DNA from: an uncultured Chloroflexia bacterium
GTDB lineage: Bacteria > Chloroflexota > Anaerolineae > Anaerolineales > UBA4823
NCBI GenBank assembly: GCA_963788305.1
Contig: CAWBGK010000003.1
Span: 64,510 to 128,509 of the forward strand
Direction of reading: 5' to 3'
Length of the DNA: 64,000 nt
Shown: piece after piece, positions 51,187 through 61,116 of the stretch
Position numbering within the stretch: the first letter of the stretch is position 1
How the letters are laid out: every line of letters begins with the position of its first letter
Position numbers and translations under genes: made by a program
The notes under the pieces: model-generated
Told to the model about the DNA's origin: nothing
Database searches by the model: none
What the model saw: only the letters and a program-made list of their open reading frames with translations

Positions 51187-52570
51187 CTATTCGAACGGAA
51201 TTTGACCAAGATCCTCGATAGATAATGGAAACACAGGCGGTCGCAGGTGATAACCATTGCTTTCATTTACTGGCTGGCTGTTCATCTTCTCTAATAGGAA
51301 AAGCACTCCTTGTTCGCACATTCGGCCTTGACATTCTCCCATTCCACAGCGAGTATACGATTTTAGTTCAAGGATTGATTTGGCTCCGTATGCTATCGCT
51401 TGTGCCAGTTCCTTTTTCATGACTCCTTCACAGCGGCAAATGGCAGTATCATCTTTGGCGAGCTCATAAGCGCCAGGACCTGGTGTAAATAGATCAACCA
51501 AGAGAGATTGAAAGGCCAGCTCATGACGCTGGAAGATACGGGTATGTTGTAAGGCACCCGATGGAGGAGTATGTCCGAGACTGATCGCTGCTGAGAATCC
51601 AGCGATTTGCCCCTCAATCAAGGACATGCGTGCTCCTCCAATTCCAGCGCCGTCTCCAGCTCTGCGAAGACACCGGGAAGACTGGTTTGCAAGTTGGTAT
51701 CTCTTTCAGGTAAAATCCGCCCAATTCATTTCGCCAAACATGTCGAGCACCCATTTGGCGGGAGAGTGAATTGAAAGGGATAAATCCATATCCTGTACAA
51801 ATTGTATCGCAGTCGATTATTTGCTGGCTACCTTCAACTGGTCTCCAATTGCGATCCAAGCGAGAGATCTTTGCGCCTTCAACCTGGTTGGATCCAAATG
51901 CTTCAATTACCCCCCAACCTATACGGTATGGTGCTCTATGGCGGAGCATTTTCAAGTAGCTTGTGAACCCTTCCTCGAGACGCTCCCACTGACCCCATAA
52001 TGCTAACAGATGCCTCAAAGCACGACGGATAATAGGATTGCCTTCCAGAACACCTACGACTTCAGCGCCGTTGTCCAAAAGTTTTTTAGCGACAACTAAC
52101 TGCAAGGGTCCAGTACCGACAAGCAAGACGCGCCGACCGGGGAGCACATGCTGATATAAAAGCGTTTGTGCGCCACCAGTCATTATTACACCAGGTAAAG
52201 TCCAACCCGGGAAAGCAATAGCACGCTCATACGATCCGGTTGCAAGGATCAATGCCTCTGCTTTTGCCCGGTACTCGCCCTCTGAGGTGTGGTAAATGAT
52301 GCGCTTTTCAGCATCAGCATACCACACCAATGCTCCACTGATGATATTTACACCGGCTTGTTGTACTTGTTGCCACAGTTCGCGACCACGACGTTGACGC
52401 CGCGTTATACTTGACATAGAAAATGGAGGAGGTTGACGGTAATACTGACCGCCAGGCGTTGGATATGCATCGATCAGGGAAACCTGGGCTCCAGATTTTG
52501 CAGCCGCCAGAGCTGCGCTCAGCCCGGCCGGTCCACTGCCAATCACTATGATTTCTCTTTCTAGAGCCAT
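51187..52570 (-). CDS. FAD/NAD(P)-binding oxidoreductase with C-terminal BFD-like [2Fe-2S] domain (HcnB/opine-oxidase alpha-type subunit; candidate D-hydroxyproline dehydrogenase alpha), two frame changes at ~51655-51700
   Basis: EIIVIGSGPAGLSAALAAAKSG dinucleotide fold. ..QTSLPGVFA / AGDGAGIGGAR / MSLIEGQIAG.. span three frames. C-terminal CRCEGV..TRCGMGECQGRMC. Confidence 0.65.
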
Positions 52571-52576
52571 TGAACT

Positions 52577-52855
52577 TTAACCTTTCAAATTGGTCGTAAC
52601 CACCATTCCTGGAGTCACATATACCTGGCAGGAGCGTTGATCAGGTTTACCATCAACATCGACCAGGCAGCCAAAACAAACGCCAATACCACACAACATA
52701 CCTCGCTCATCTCCCTGACGTGAGCGCCACCAGGCGCGTATTCCTGAGGCATGTAGTGCGCTGGCAATCGTATCGCCCGGCAAAGCGAATAGGCTTTGAT
52801 TATTAAAAGTAAAGGAAATTGACTCGATGTCCTCCTGGATATCAAATCTCATCAT
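52577..52855 (-). CDS. small (2Fe-2S)-binding subunit (HcnA/SoxA-N-like; candidate D-hydroxyproline dehydrogenase gamma)
   Basis: 92-aa intact ORF with ..GDTIASALHASGIR..GMLCGIGVCFGCLVDVDGKPDQRSCQ... Confidence 0.65.
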   Translation of the reverse strand: MMRFDIQEDIESISFTFNNQSLFALPGDTIASALHASGIRAWWRSRQGDERGMLCGIGVCFGCLVDVDGKPDQRSCQVYVTPGMVVTTNLKG

Positions 52856-54740
52856 CGTTATTTTCCCCTGTCAGGCCAAGCTCTTTTTGTTTCTCCAACG
52901 TGGGCGCTCCTGTTAGCGGATCCCAACCCCGGGCTTCATAGTATTCAGTAAGTAACGAGTTCGAGGTCGTGGATAACGCAGTCCGGTTCTTCCTGGTACT
53001 TACCAAAGGCTGGCACATTACGCACCCGCGCAGGCAGTTGATCATCCTTGGGGGTAATCCCTTCGCGCACATTGAACATCCGCTGAAGGTTGATGCAGCG
53101 CTCACTGATCATAAGCAGCTCTGCTCCATCGATCTCCCATCCTGTCAGGTCTGAGATCATATCAGCCCAATGATCGACTGTGACACCTCCGTACATATAA
53201 AACTTGCACGTTCCAATGATATCTGGAAGAGCCAGGCCGTTCTGCAAGGTCGGCACCACATACCCTTTTCCTTTCTCATCCCAACGTTCCACCATATTTG
53301 GATCAGGCACACCATAGCGCATTAGCCCCCAGTCAAGTTTTCCTCGATCCCAGGCCATTCCCTCCAAAGGATGAATATGACACATGCCCCGGTTTCCGGT
53401 AGCATAGGTGATTCCCAATGCCTTTCCCGATCGTGGATCATGCGCAGGACCTTCCAATCCTTTAACATGAATTGCCAGCTCCTCAGCGCCTTTACCGATC
53501 TTTTTCGCGGCATTTCGAACTCCTTCAGCAAGCAAATCGCCCAAACCTTCGCTCAGCGATTTTCCGAACCAGCAATGGTAGCACTTTGGCATTACCCCAG
53601 CTTAAGTCAAGACCATCCACTTCTTCCTTAGAAAGTAAACCTTGCTCGTAACAGTCCATCGCAAAAGCGATCATTGCGCCTGTCGATATAGTATCCAGGC
53701 CTAGCTCATTGCACAACCAGGTAGAATGGATGGCAGCATCCATGTTATTGTTAAGGACATAGGCAGTAAAGCTGGATATCGACTTATATTCTGCGCCACC
53801 ATGTTCAGGCGTCTTCCACTGGTCATCTTTCACGTGCACCTTGCGAGCGCAGGCCATCGTACAGCCCTTATAGCAGCCAAATCCCTTGATGAAGTTGTTA
53901 TTCAAATAGTGATCAAAAACTTCAGGACCTGCGCCCCAGGAGTTGGACTGCCAGTTCTTAGAAGGCCAATCACCTCCGTCGTCATTGGAAGGGATATCAC
54001 CGATAGTTCCGTAGCTTTTCATTCCGATAAACATCGGATTTTCGGAAATCTCATCGAAGGTCGCTTTTAGATATTGTTTTGATCTTTCTGATGGACCGGC
54101 GTTTACCTTGGATTTTCCTGAAACCACGATAGCCAGAAAGATTTTTAGAACCCCACACTGCCCCACCGCCGCAACGACCTGCTGCGCGATCATCACACAT
54201 CACTGCGGCAATCTTTACCAGGTTTTCCCCAGCGGGCCCAATACACATGACACTGGCTCTCTTATCGTCAACCTCGGTCCGAAGCAAGGCGGACTTTTCA
54301 GATACAACTTTTCCCAACAAATGCGTGGCATCATGAAATTCGACCTGTCCCTCACGGATCAGAATATAAACTGGAGCAGGTGATTTCCCTTTGATTATGA
54401 GTTGATCGAATCCCGCCTTTTTTAGATCGGGCCCGAAATCAGAACCAACCCGAGACTCGCCCCAGATTTGCGTGAGCGGAGATTTGAAGCACAGCATTAC
54501 GGAGCCGCCACCCGGGATTCGCGCCAGGCTGAGCGGACCGGTGGCCACTACCATGATATTCTCAGGGCTCAGAGGGTCTGTTCCAGGCATCAATTCATCA
54601 TATAAAACGCGAGCGCCGATGCCTGCGCCACCCAGATATTGCCGCATGACCCTGATTGGCAAATCCTCGGGTTTTGCCTCCCAGTGATTGAGGTCAACCC
54701 GCAGCAGTTTTCCCGCGTAACCTTTGATTTGATTGGTCAT
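52842..54740 (-). CDS. aor: tungsten-type aldehyde:ferredoxin oxidoreductase (AOR family), three frame changes (~54140, ~53555, ~52955)
   Basis: MTNQIKGYAGKLLRVDLNHWEAKPEDLP..YLGGAGIGARVLYDE.., ..CIGPAGENLVKIAAVMCDDRAAGRCGGGAVWGSKNL.., ..GCYKGCTMACARK.., ..GLDTISTGAMIAFAMDCYEQG.., ..ATGNRGMCHIH.., ..EYYEARGWDPLTGAPT... All four ORF pieces are collinear. Confidence 0.8.
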
Positions 54741-54801
54741 TGTTCATACCCTTCCATTTTTGCTAATGGACAATTCTAACGAAAATGGTTCTTCCTTACA
54801 A

Positions 54802-55080
54802 TCAGCCGCCTGCAAGGGCTTTCATCGCGGTCACTTCCTGGCCTTCTTTCAGTCGAAATGAAAAATCCTGGACGACTTTCTTATCTACTAGCAGAACGAT
54901 CGGACCCCGGAAGCAGACTTCCACGCTGTTCCACATGTACTCAGGCAGCACGGCCCCCCAGCGAGCAGAGATTACATCAAGCACAGTTTTCAGCGTCGCC
55001 TCATCAGGCAGCTCCATCTCGACCGGATCACGCCCAAAATATTCACGCAAGTCCGCAACACTTCTGAACTTGATTTTCAT
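54802..55080 (-). CDS. MoaD/ThiS-family ubiquitin-like small protein (C-terminal Gly-Gly)
   Basis: 92-aa intact ORF ending ..TAMKALAGG-stop. Its ATG overlaps the upstream DHDPS-family stop (ATGA at 55077-55080). Confidence 0.55.
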   Translation of the reverse strand: MKIKFRSVADLREYFGRDPVEMELPDEATLKTVLDVISARWGAVLPEYMWNSVEVCFRGPIVLLVDKKVVQDFSFRLKEGQEVTAMKALAGG

Positions 55081-55967
55081 TCTGCCAGGTCATCAAGCAT
55101 ATTCTTCAATTGGCTTACCAGCTCTGGCTCAGGCGGCAGCAAGGGTTTGCGTGGCTCTCCGATACTGCGCCCCATCAGCTGTAATCCGGCTTTGGCTAGC
55201 TGAACATACTTCCCTGTTCCTTCGAACAAATCCATTACTGGAAGGATCTTAAAATATAGTTCTCTTGCCCTCGCAAAGTCTTTCTGTACGACAGCCAACT
55301 CATAAAGTCTCACACACTGCTTTGCGAGGATGTTAGCTGGTGCAGCTATCCACCCTTCAACTCCCATGGCAAACATTTCTAAAACCAATGTGTCGCAGCC
55401 ACAAACGACCTCGATTTCATCACCGCAACGCCGCATAATATCACACACTCGCTGCATAATCCCTGAGCTTTCTTTTATGGCTTCGATGTTCTTGAATTTT
55501 GCAAGACGCTCGACTAAGGGAGGCAAAATATCAGAGCCTGAGGTGCCAGGATTGTTATAGACAATGATCGGGCAGTCGACATGTTGCGCCAGGGTAGAAA
55601 AGTGGTAGTACAACTCGTCCTGTGAGAGGTGACCATAATACGGCGGTACAACCATGACGCCATCTGCCCCTAAATCCTGTGCAGTTTGGGCATACTCGAT
55701 GGTCTCTGCTGTTGAACAAGCAGCTGCACCGACATAGACGGGCAAATCCTTCTTGACCTCATCTAAGGTGACAGCTACCACATGTTTGCGTTCTTCCTTC
55801 GTCAGCGAGGCAAACTCGCCTGTTGACCCTGCTGGAATGATGCTGTAGACTTTGCAGTCGTCTATTAAGAACCGTATGTGCCTTCTTAAAGCAGCCTCAT
55901 CGAACTCCCCAGTAGAGTCGAAAGGGGTGCAGACGACTGCATAAACACCATGATATTTCTTAGCCAT
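55077..55967 (-). CDS. DHDPS/NAL-family lyase (candidate delta1-pyrroline-4-hydroxy-2-carboxylate deaminase)
   Basis: ..GVYAVVCTPFDSTGEFDEAALRRHIRFLID..IIPAGSTGEFASLTKEERK.. is the typical DapA-family N-terminus. The functional call rests on operon context. Confidence 0.7.
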   Translation of the reverse strand: MAKKYHGVYAVVCTPFDSTGEFDEAALRRHIRFLIDDCKVYSIIPAGSTGEFASLTKEERKHVVAVTLDEVKKDLPVYVGAAACSTAETIEYAQTAQDLGADGVMVVPPYYGHLSQDELYYHFSTLAQHVDCPIIVYNNPGTSGSDILPPLVERLAKFKNIEAIKESSGIMQRVCDIMRRCGDEIEVVCGCDTLVLEMFAMGVEGWIAAPANILAKQCVRLYELAVVQKDFARARELYFKILPVMDLFEGTGKYVQLAKAGLQLMGRSIGEPRKPLLPPEPELVSQLKNMLDDLAE

Positions 55968-56000
55968 ATGATTATTCCTCGAATTCTATGATTCTGTGAA

Positions 56001-57155
56001 TTATTGAGCGAAGCGTGAAAAAGACAAGCGTTCGCAGCCGATAGATGGTTTTTGTCCAGTGATTAACTGGCTGATGATCAGACCGGTAATTGGTCCTTCG
56101 GTAATTCCAATACCTTCGTGCCCGCATGCCAGATACATGCCTTGCAAGTGCTCGACCGGTGAAATGATAGGGATTAAATCAGGAGTATATGGACGGAAGC
56201 CTGCCCAGGTTCGAATTGCAGAGATACCTGCCAGGAATGGAAAGAATCGCAGGTTGCGTTGCACAATCATGGCAACCACATCAGGGTCCGTCGCAGGATC
56301 AAAGCCAACAAATTGCCGACTACTTCCCAAGAGCAAATTTCCATTAGGCATTTGTTGGATATTGGCTGCTACGGCAATCCCAACGTCGGAATTGGATTGA
56401 ACCGCTTCCATATAGCCAGCAGCCAGCATTATTTTCGTTCGAATAATATTCTGGGATGCTGGGACGGTAACGATGAGCGTGCCTTTCCTGGGAGAGACAG
56501 GCACCGTCAGACCGGCGAGCTTGCCCAAAAAACCTGACCAGGCACCTGCCGCGATCACTACTGCACCAGTTGAAATTCGGCCTTTGTTTGTTACCACGGC
56601 AGTTACTGCTTGTTTAGATGGCGAGAGTTCAAAGTCAATTACTTCCGTGAAATTTTCAATCGCTGCGCCTCTCTGGCGGGCGGCATGTGCTAAAGCTTGA
56701 GTGGTGTATAGAGGGTTAACCTGTGAGTTTTCATGGAAGAATGCCCCACCTGCCACATTTGGGGAAATGTTCGGCTCCAACTCACGTAATTCTCTATCAG
56801 AAATCATCTGGCAAGTGAGTCCCCATGCTTGCAGGCGCTCAACCGTCTGCCGCATTCCTTCCATTTTCTCAGGCATCTCGACAAGTGCTATGCTGCCAGT
56901 TTGCCTGTATTCGATATCGATGGGAACGGTTTGGGCTAGCTCTTCATAAAGCCGGTTGCTGTAGCGGGCAAGCTCGAGGTGGATTTCAGGCTCTTCCCAG
57001 GTGACCACATGACTTATTCCACGCGTGATGCACCCGAGCCAATGGATTCTTTCTCGACCAGAACTGTTTTCAGGCCTGCTGTGGCAAGGTGATAGGCACA
57101 TGATGTGCCCACAATTCCTCCACCAATGACAACTACATCTGAATTTATGGCCAAT
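56001..57155 (-). CDS. FAD-dependent oxidoreductase, DAO family (candidate D-hydroxyproline dehydrogenase beta), frame change near 57015
   Basis: The TTG at ~57155 overlaps the AcnX small-subunit stop. (M)AINSDVVVIGGGIVGTSCAYHLATAGLKTVLVEKESIGSGAS then the frame of ORF 56001..57101 (..HVVTWEEPEIHLELARYSNRLYEEL...GHEGIGITEGPITG..). Confidence 0.7.
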   Translation of the reverse strand: MGHKFRCSCHWWRNCGHIMCLSPCHSRPENSSGRERIHWLGCITRGISHVVTWEEPEIHLELARYSNRLYEELAQTVPIDIEYRQTGSIALVEMPEKMEGMRQTVERLQAWGLTCQMISDRELRELEPNISPNVAGGAFFHENSQVNPLYTTQALAHAARQRGAAIENFTEVIDFELSPSKQAVTAVVTNKGRISTGAVVIAAGAWSGFLGKLAGLTVPVSPRKGTLIVTVPASQNIIRTKIMLAAGYMEAVQSNSDVGIAVAANIQQMPNGNLLLGSSRQFVGFDPATDPDVVAMIVQRNLRFFPFLAGISAIRTWAGFRPYTPDLIPIISPVEHLQGMYLACGHEGIGITEGPITGLIISQLITGQKPSIGCERLSFSRFAQ

Positions 57156-57585
57156 CTTCAGGAATATAAGGATTTATTGTTACCGTGCCATCACTCTCGA
57201 TCTTCAAGTGATCTCCGTCGTGGATGCATAAAAAATCTGTGTCATCTAGGACGATCACTGGTATGGTTTTGTTATACATCTCTTCAGCTACAATCGCTCC
57301 AAGAGACAAGATAGGATCTACTTTCTTGTTGATGATAGCCGCCGGTGCAGAGCCATTCCTTATGCCTTCAAGCAGAATGGCGCTGGCAGTGCTGGACCCT
57401 TTTCCGATTGGGAAAACGAATATTTTTCCTGTGATATTTCTTCCACAAAGTTCGTGCCGCCGATCAATAACATCCCCTGTTTTGGGGTTGATCCCTCCCC
57501 AAAAGCTGATAGGTTGTTGGGTCACCACTGCAGAGCCAGCAGCCTGACCGATAACCAGAGCACGGCCTTTCACAAACTTTTCCAT
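57145..57585 (-). CDS. aconitase X swivel-domain small subunit (DUF126/PF01989)
   Basis: MEKFVKGRALVIGQAAGSAVVTQQPISFWGGINPKTGDVIDRRHELCGRNITGKIFVFPIGKGSSTAS... GGAGGG RBS. Overlaps the end of the large-subunit gene. Confidence 0.7.
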   Translation of the reverse strand: MEKFVKGRALVIGQAAGSAVVTQQPISFWGGINPKTGDVIDRRHELCGRNITGKIFVFPIGKGSSTASAILLEGIRNGSAPAAIINKKVDPILSLGAIVAEEMYNKTIPVIVLDDTDFLCIHDGDHLKIESDGTVTINPYIPEDWP

Positions 57586-58851
57586 GCGCCCTCCAATCGG
57601 GTAACTTTGCCTCGCTTCGCAGAATGGATGCATTCTTCCAGGCTGCCAAACACAACTCTTGTATTAAGTTCTCCCGGGGCATAATAGGCGCACTTCCCTG
57701 AATTCGTCATGATCACCTCTGCGCCAGCAGACACGATGGGAGAGTGGAATACGCACGTGTCGAGAATTATCTCTGCGCCAAACTTCGTGATGAAGTCTTT
57801 CAGTCCACCCCGCTCCAATAATGCCATCGAAAGTTGATTGGTAAGGATGATCAAACGTACTCCGGCTGGCAGTGTTCCACCTGTTTTCTGAATTATTTCT
57901 GTCATTGCCTGGAATTCCGTATAAGAGAAATGCGGACATCCCAGCACGACGGCATCAAGTGCGTCGCCCTCACCAGCATCATGGGAGAGTTCATCCATGG
58001 CTTTCAAAAGATCATTCATTCCAAATTCAACGATCTCTTCCGGCTCTGATCCCTGAAAGGCATCTTCGAGGGTAGGTGCTTCAGGAGTTAGACCTATGAT
58101 GTGAAATAACCCAATACCGCCTGATGAAGCTGCAGCCGCACCCAAAGCTTTTAGTTGGTCGCTGTTTGCTGATGTATAGAAACCTTCAATTACAGGGATT
58201 CTGTCCTGGATCCGCTTTCCAATGAGATACCCTAACACGGGATAGAAAGTATCTTCCGCAAACAAACCTGGATCTATTCCCATCAGATGGATCAGCACCT
58301 GGCCTCTTCGATTCTCTTTTATGTGCAGGCCTTGTTTTGGTACCCGTCCGGTGATTGCTGCGCAAATATCCATAAAATCTGCATAACGATTAGTGCGCGC
58401 TCCAATAACCGAATTTGCATAGATAATCGCATTTGATTCTCCCCAGGCGATTTGCTGACCAAAGGAAGGGGTTAAGAAACCCTGGTATGGAGCGCATGTC
58501 CAGGTGGGAATGCAGTTCATCTTGATGTAGGCATCAGCAATCCGAGTAGCTTTGTGCCCGAATTCTGCTGGCACACCCTGTTTTTTCCAATTCTGGAGAT
58601 CGAGCGGAATCATATTGAAGTGTGGTGGGAACCGACACTCGCGCTCTTGATGACGCCAATTTTTCAGCAAACTCCAAACTCGAATTGCTCATCAAAGCGC
58701 ATCCATCGATATGAGCCTGGGTAATGGGTAATAATTCGTTCACTTCCAGAACTTCTGCCATGCGCACAATAATTCTCATGGCCATCTGAACACCCGGACC
58801 ATTCCTGCCGGAAAGCATCGTTTCTTCATGGCTCGTTAGACTTAGTGCCAT
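57570..58851 (-). CDS. aconitase X catalytic large subunit (DUF521/PF04412; cis-3-hydroxy-L-proline dehydratase type), frame change near 58625
   Basis: MALSLTSHEETMLSGRNGPGVQMAMRIIVRMAEVLEVNELLPITQAHIDGC..VSVPTTL then ORF 57570..58670 (..NMIPLDLQNWKKQGVPAEF..WTCAPYQ..IAWGESNAIIYANSVIGARTNRY..). Confidence 0.7.
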
Positions 58852-58979
58852 CAGCTATAGGTCTCCAAAATCATTTACAGTTGAGGTAAGCGGTATGAGA
58901 TCTTGCTCAGGCAATCCGGTTGACCTTATCTGGGTTTACGATCAGTCATCGCAAACTTCTTTACACATAAAAACCGAGT

Positions 58980-60017
58980 TTAGAACTCGGTACCCCACTG
59001 GTTATGCTCTCCTAAATGGAAACCTTTAGGCCATGGGTCGCGTGGATCAAGTACAAATTGTTGGATTCCAGTGATGAAAGCTCTACCACATATCATGGGA
59101 ATAACAGCGGTTATTGAACCAACTTTTGTTTCTTCAATAAGTTTGCCAGTAAACGTGCTGCCAATGATGCTCTCACAGACTATCTGCTCGTTGAGCGTTT
59201 GCATCCCTTTGGCATAGCGATAAGCCATTTCGGCAGATGTCCCGGTCCCACAAGGCGAGCGGTCGATCGCTTCAGAAGAATAGAGCACTGCATTCCGGGT
59301 CGTAACACCTGGTGTGGGCGATGGGGAAATAAATCGAACGTGTGTACAGCGGTTGATATCCGGGTTTTCTGGGTGAGCAACTTCAATACCCTGGTTGAAG
59401 ATGGCATCGCGAATCAGGCTTCCGATTCGGACAATGTCTTTTGACCTTTCTGGAACCAGTTCTAGCCCTACAGATTCGGCATTTACGATGGCATAAAAAT
59501 TTCCACCGTAAGCGAGGTCAAAGTTTACATCCCCAATTTCTGGTACGTTGATCGAAAGATCGGCTTTATACAGGAATGAAGGGATATTCTGTATGGTTAC
59601 AGCTTGAGCAATTCCATTTTGGACGCGAACGTGAGCCTTAACCAGGCCTGCTGGAGTGTCCAGCGTAAAGTCGGTGTATGGTTCTTTAGGTTCGATTATC
59701 CCTGTTTCGACCAGCACGGTACAGGTAGCGATAGTTCCATGTCCACACATTGGCAGGAAACCGCTTACCTCAATGTAAATCACGCCGATATCGGCTCCTG
59801 GCGTGCAAGGGGCAGTGATAATACTGCCTGACATGATATTGGAGCCACGTGGCTCAAACAGCAGCATGGTACGCAGCTCATCGAGGTTTTGCTTGGCCCA
59901 CAACCATTTCTGTTTAAATGTGTTGCCAGGTATTACAGGGACTCCTCCCACAACGATACGGGCGGGTTCACCTTCTGTGTGGGAGTCGATGGCAGAGATA
60001 ATCCGTTTAAATCTCAT
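58980..60017 (-). CDS. proline racemase family enzyme with Cys/Cys catalytic pair (4-hydroxyproline 2-epimerase or proline racemase)
   Basis: MRFKRIISAIDSHTEGEPARIVVGG.., first catalytic Cys in ..FLPMCGHGTIA.., second in ..AIDRSPCGTGTSA... Start chosen at the ATG at 60017 (ORF track extends to 60095). Confidence 0.8.
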   Translation of the reverse strand: MRFKRIISAIDSHTEGEPARIVVGGVPVIPGNTFKQKWLWAKQNLDELRTMLLFEPRGSNIMSGSIITAPCTPGADIGVIYIEVSGFLPMCGHGTIATCTVLVETGIIEPKEPYTDFTLDTPAGLVKAHVRVQNGIAQAVTIQNIPSFLYKADLSINVPEIGDVNFDLAYGGNFYAIVNAESVGLELVPERSKDIVRIGSLIRDAIFNQGIEVAHPENPDINRCTHVRFISPSPTPGVTTRNAVLYSSEAIDRSPCGTGTSAEMAYRYAKGMQTLNEQIVCESIIGSTFTGKLIEETKVGSITAVIPMICGRAFITGIQQFVLDPRDPWPKGFHLGEHNQWGTEF

Positions 60018-60104
60018 TTGATTGACCTTTATCGTCTGAGAAAAATGGTAGTTTTCTAAATGGCTTTTCCTTAGCGATTTTCTATTGGAAGCCATTCGTC
60101 AAAT

Positions 60105-60869
60105 TTATGAAGGGCTGCTTTCACCAAGAGTATCAAAACTAATATCTGTCTGGATCATGTTTCTTTCGACGCTGCGAAGGTGATCCATCGCTCGCTTCGC
60201 GGCCAGGTCTGGATCCCGATCGCGGATGGCCTCATAGATCTTCCGATGTTCCTCGAGTGCTTTCTGCCACCTGTTTGGCTGAGCAAATGAGGAATGACGC
60301 ATGAGGGTCAGCCACAATTTCTGGCCTGTGTAGGTGTAAATCATTTCCTGAACAGATATGATCACCGGATTTTCGGTGGAACAAGCAATCATATAATGGA
60401 ATTTTCGATCACCTTCCGAAAAGATATCGCCGATGACTTGATTCTGTGAGTGGTCCGATTCAACCCAATCTAATATCTCTTCTATTTTTTTTTGAGATTT
60501 ATCTGTGCTGACCATCGAGGCTAGTTGGGCGATAGCAGGTTCGATAGTTTTTCGAGCTTCTAGAATGACGAATGGCCTCTCGCCAAGCTGTGGAAGTGAT
60601 AATTTGAGTGGTTTTTCTTTTGGTTGAATTTCAATAAATGTCCCCTGGCTTGATCTCGTTTTTATCATACCGGACATTTGCAACACCGTAAGCGCCTCCC
60701 TCAAGGTGGCGCGACTGACACCCAGCAATCGCGCAAGTTCGCGCTCTGGCGGCATTCGATTACTTTCTGAATAATAACCACTTTCGATGAGGCCGATAAT
60801 TTGCTCGTAGACTTGGGTGCAGAGTTTATCTTGTTTTATCTGCCGAAACGTTTCTTTCTGGTTAATCAT
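60105..60869 (-). CDS. GntR family transcriptional regulator (FadR/FCD subfamily)
   Basis: ..PPERELARLLGVSRATLREALTVLQMSGMIKTRSSQGTFI.. wHTH plus a helical FCD-type C-domain. The ATG at 60869 is preceded by GGGAG (ORF track start 60881). Confidence 0.8.
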   Translation of the reverse strand: MINQKETFRQIKQDKLCTQVYEQIIGLIESGYYSESNRMPPERELARLLGVSRATLREALTVLQMSGMIKTRSSQGTFIEIQPKEKPLKLSLPQLGERPFVILEARKTIEPAIAQLASMVSTDKSQKKIEEILDWVESDHSQNQVIGDIFSEGDRKFHYMIACSTENPVIISVQEMIYTYTGQKLWLTLMRHSSFAQPNRWQKALEEHRKIYEAIRDRDPDLAAKRAMDHLRSVERNMIQTDISFDTLGESSPS

Positions 60870-60938
60870 TAGAGCTCCCATCCATACAATATACAGGTCG
60901 GGATCAAGAACTTTTCAAATGAGCGACAAACAATCTTG

Positions 60939-60949
60939 TGGTCAGACCA
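60939..60949. promoter_or_regulatory. candidate GntR/FadR-type operator TGGTCAGACCA
   Basis: Perfect 11-bp palindrome about 60-70 bp upstream of the GntR gene start, directly after a TTGCGA-17 nt-TATCTA promoter-like pair read on the minus strand. Confidence 0.5.
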
Positions 60950-61105
60950 TAGATATGATAACATTCAATTAATCGCAAATCAAGTGATAATTGTCATCTA
61001 AGACCCATTTTTACTCGTTCGAAAACGCATTTACTCGGTGTACTTTTGACCAAGATATGACAAATGTCACTTGATTCGTACATTCCATATTTGTTATTAT
61101 TTGCG

Positions 61106-61116
61106 TGGTCTGACCA
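61106..61116. promoter_or_regulatory. second candidate operator TGGTCTGACCA (mirror copy)
   Basis: Perfect palindrome at the outer end of the opposite arm of a ~65-bp imperfect inverted repeat (60937-61003 / 61052-61118). Confidence 0.45.
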
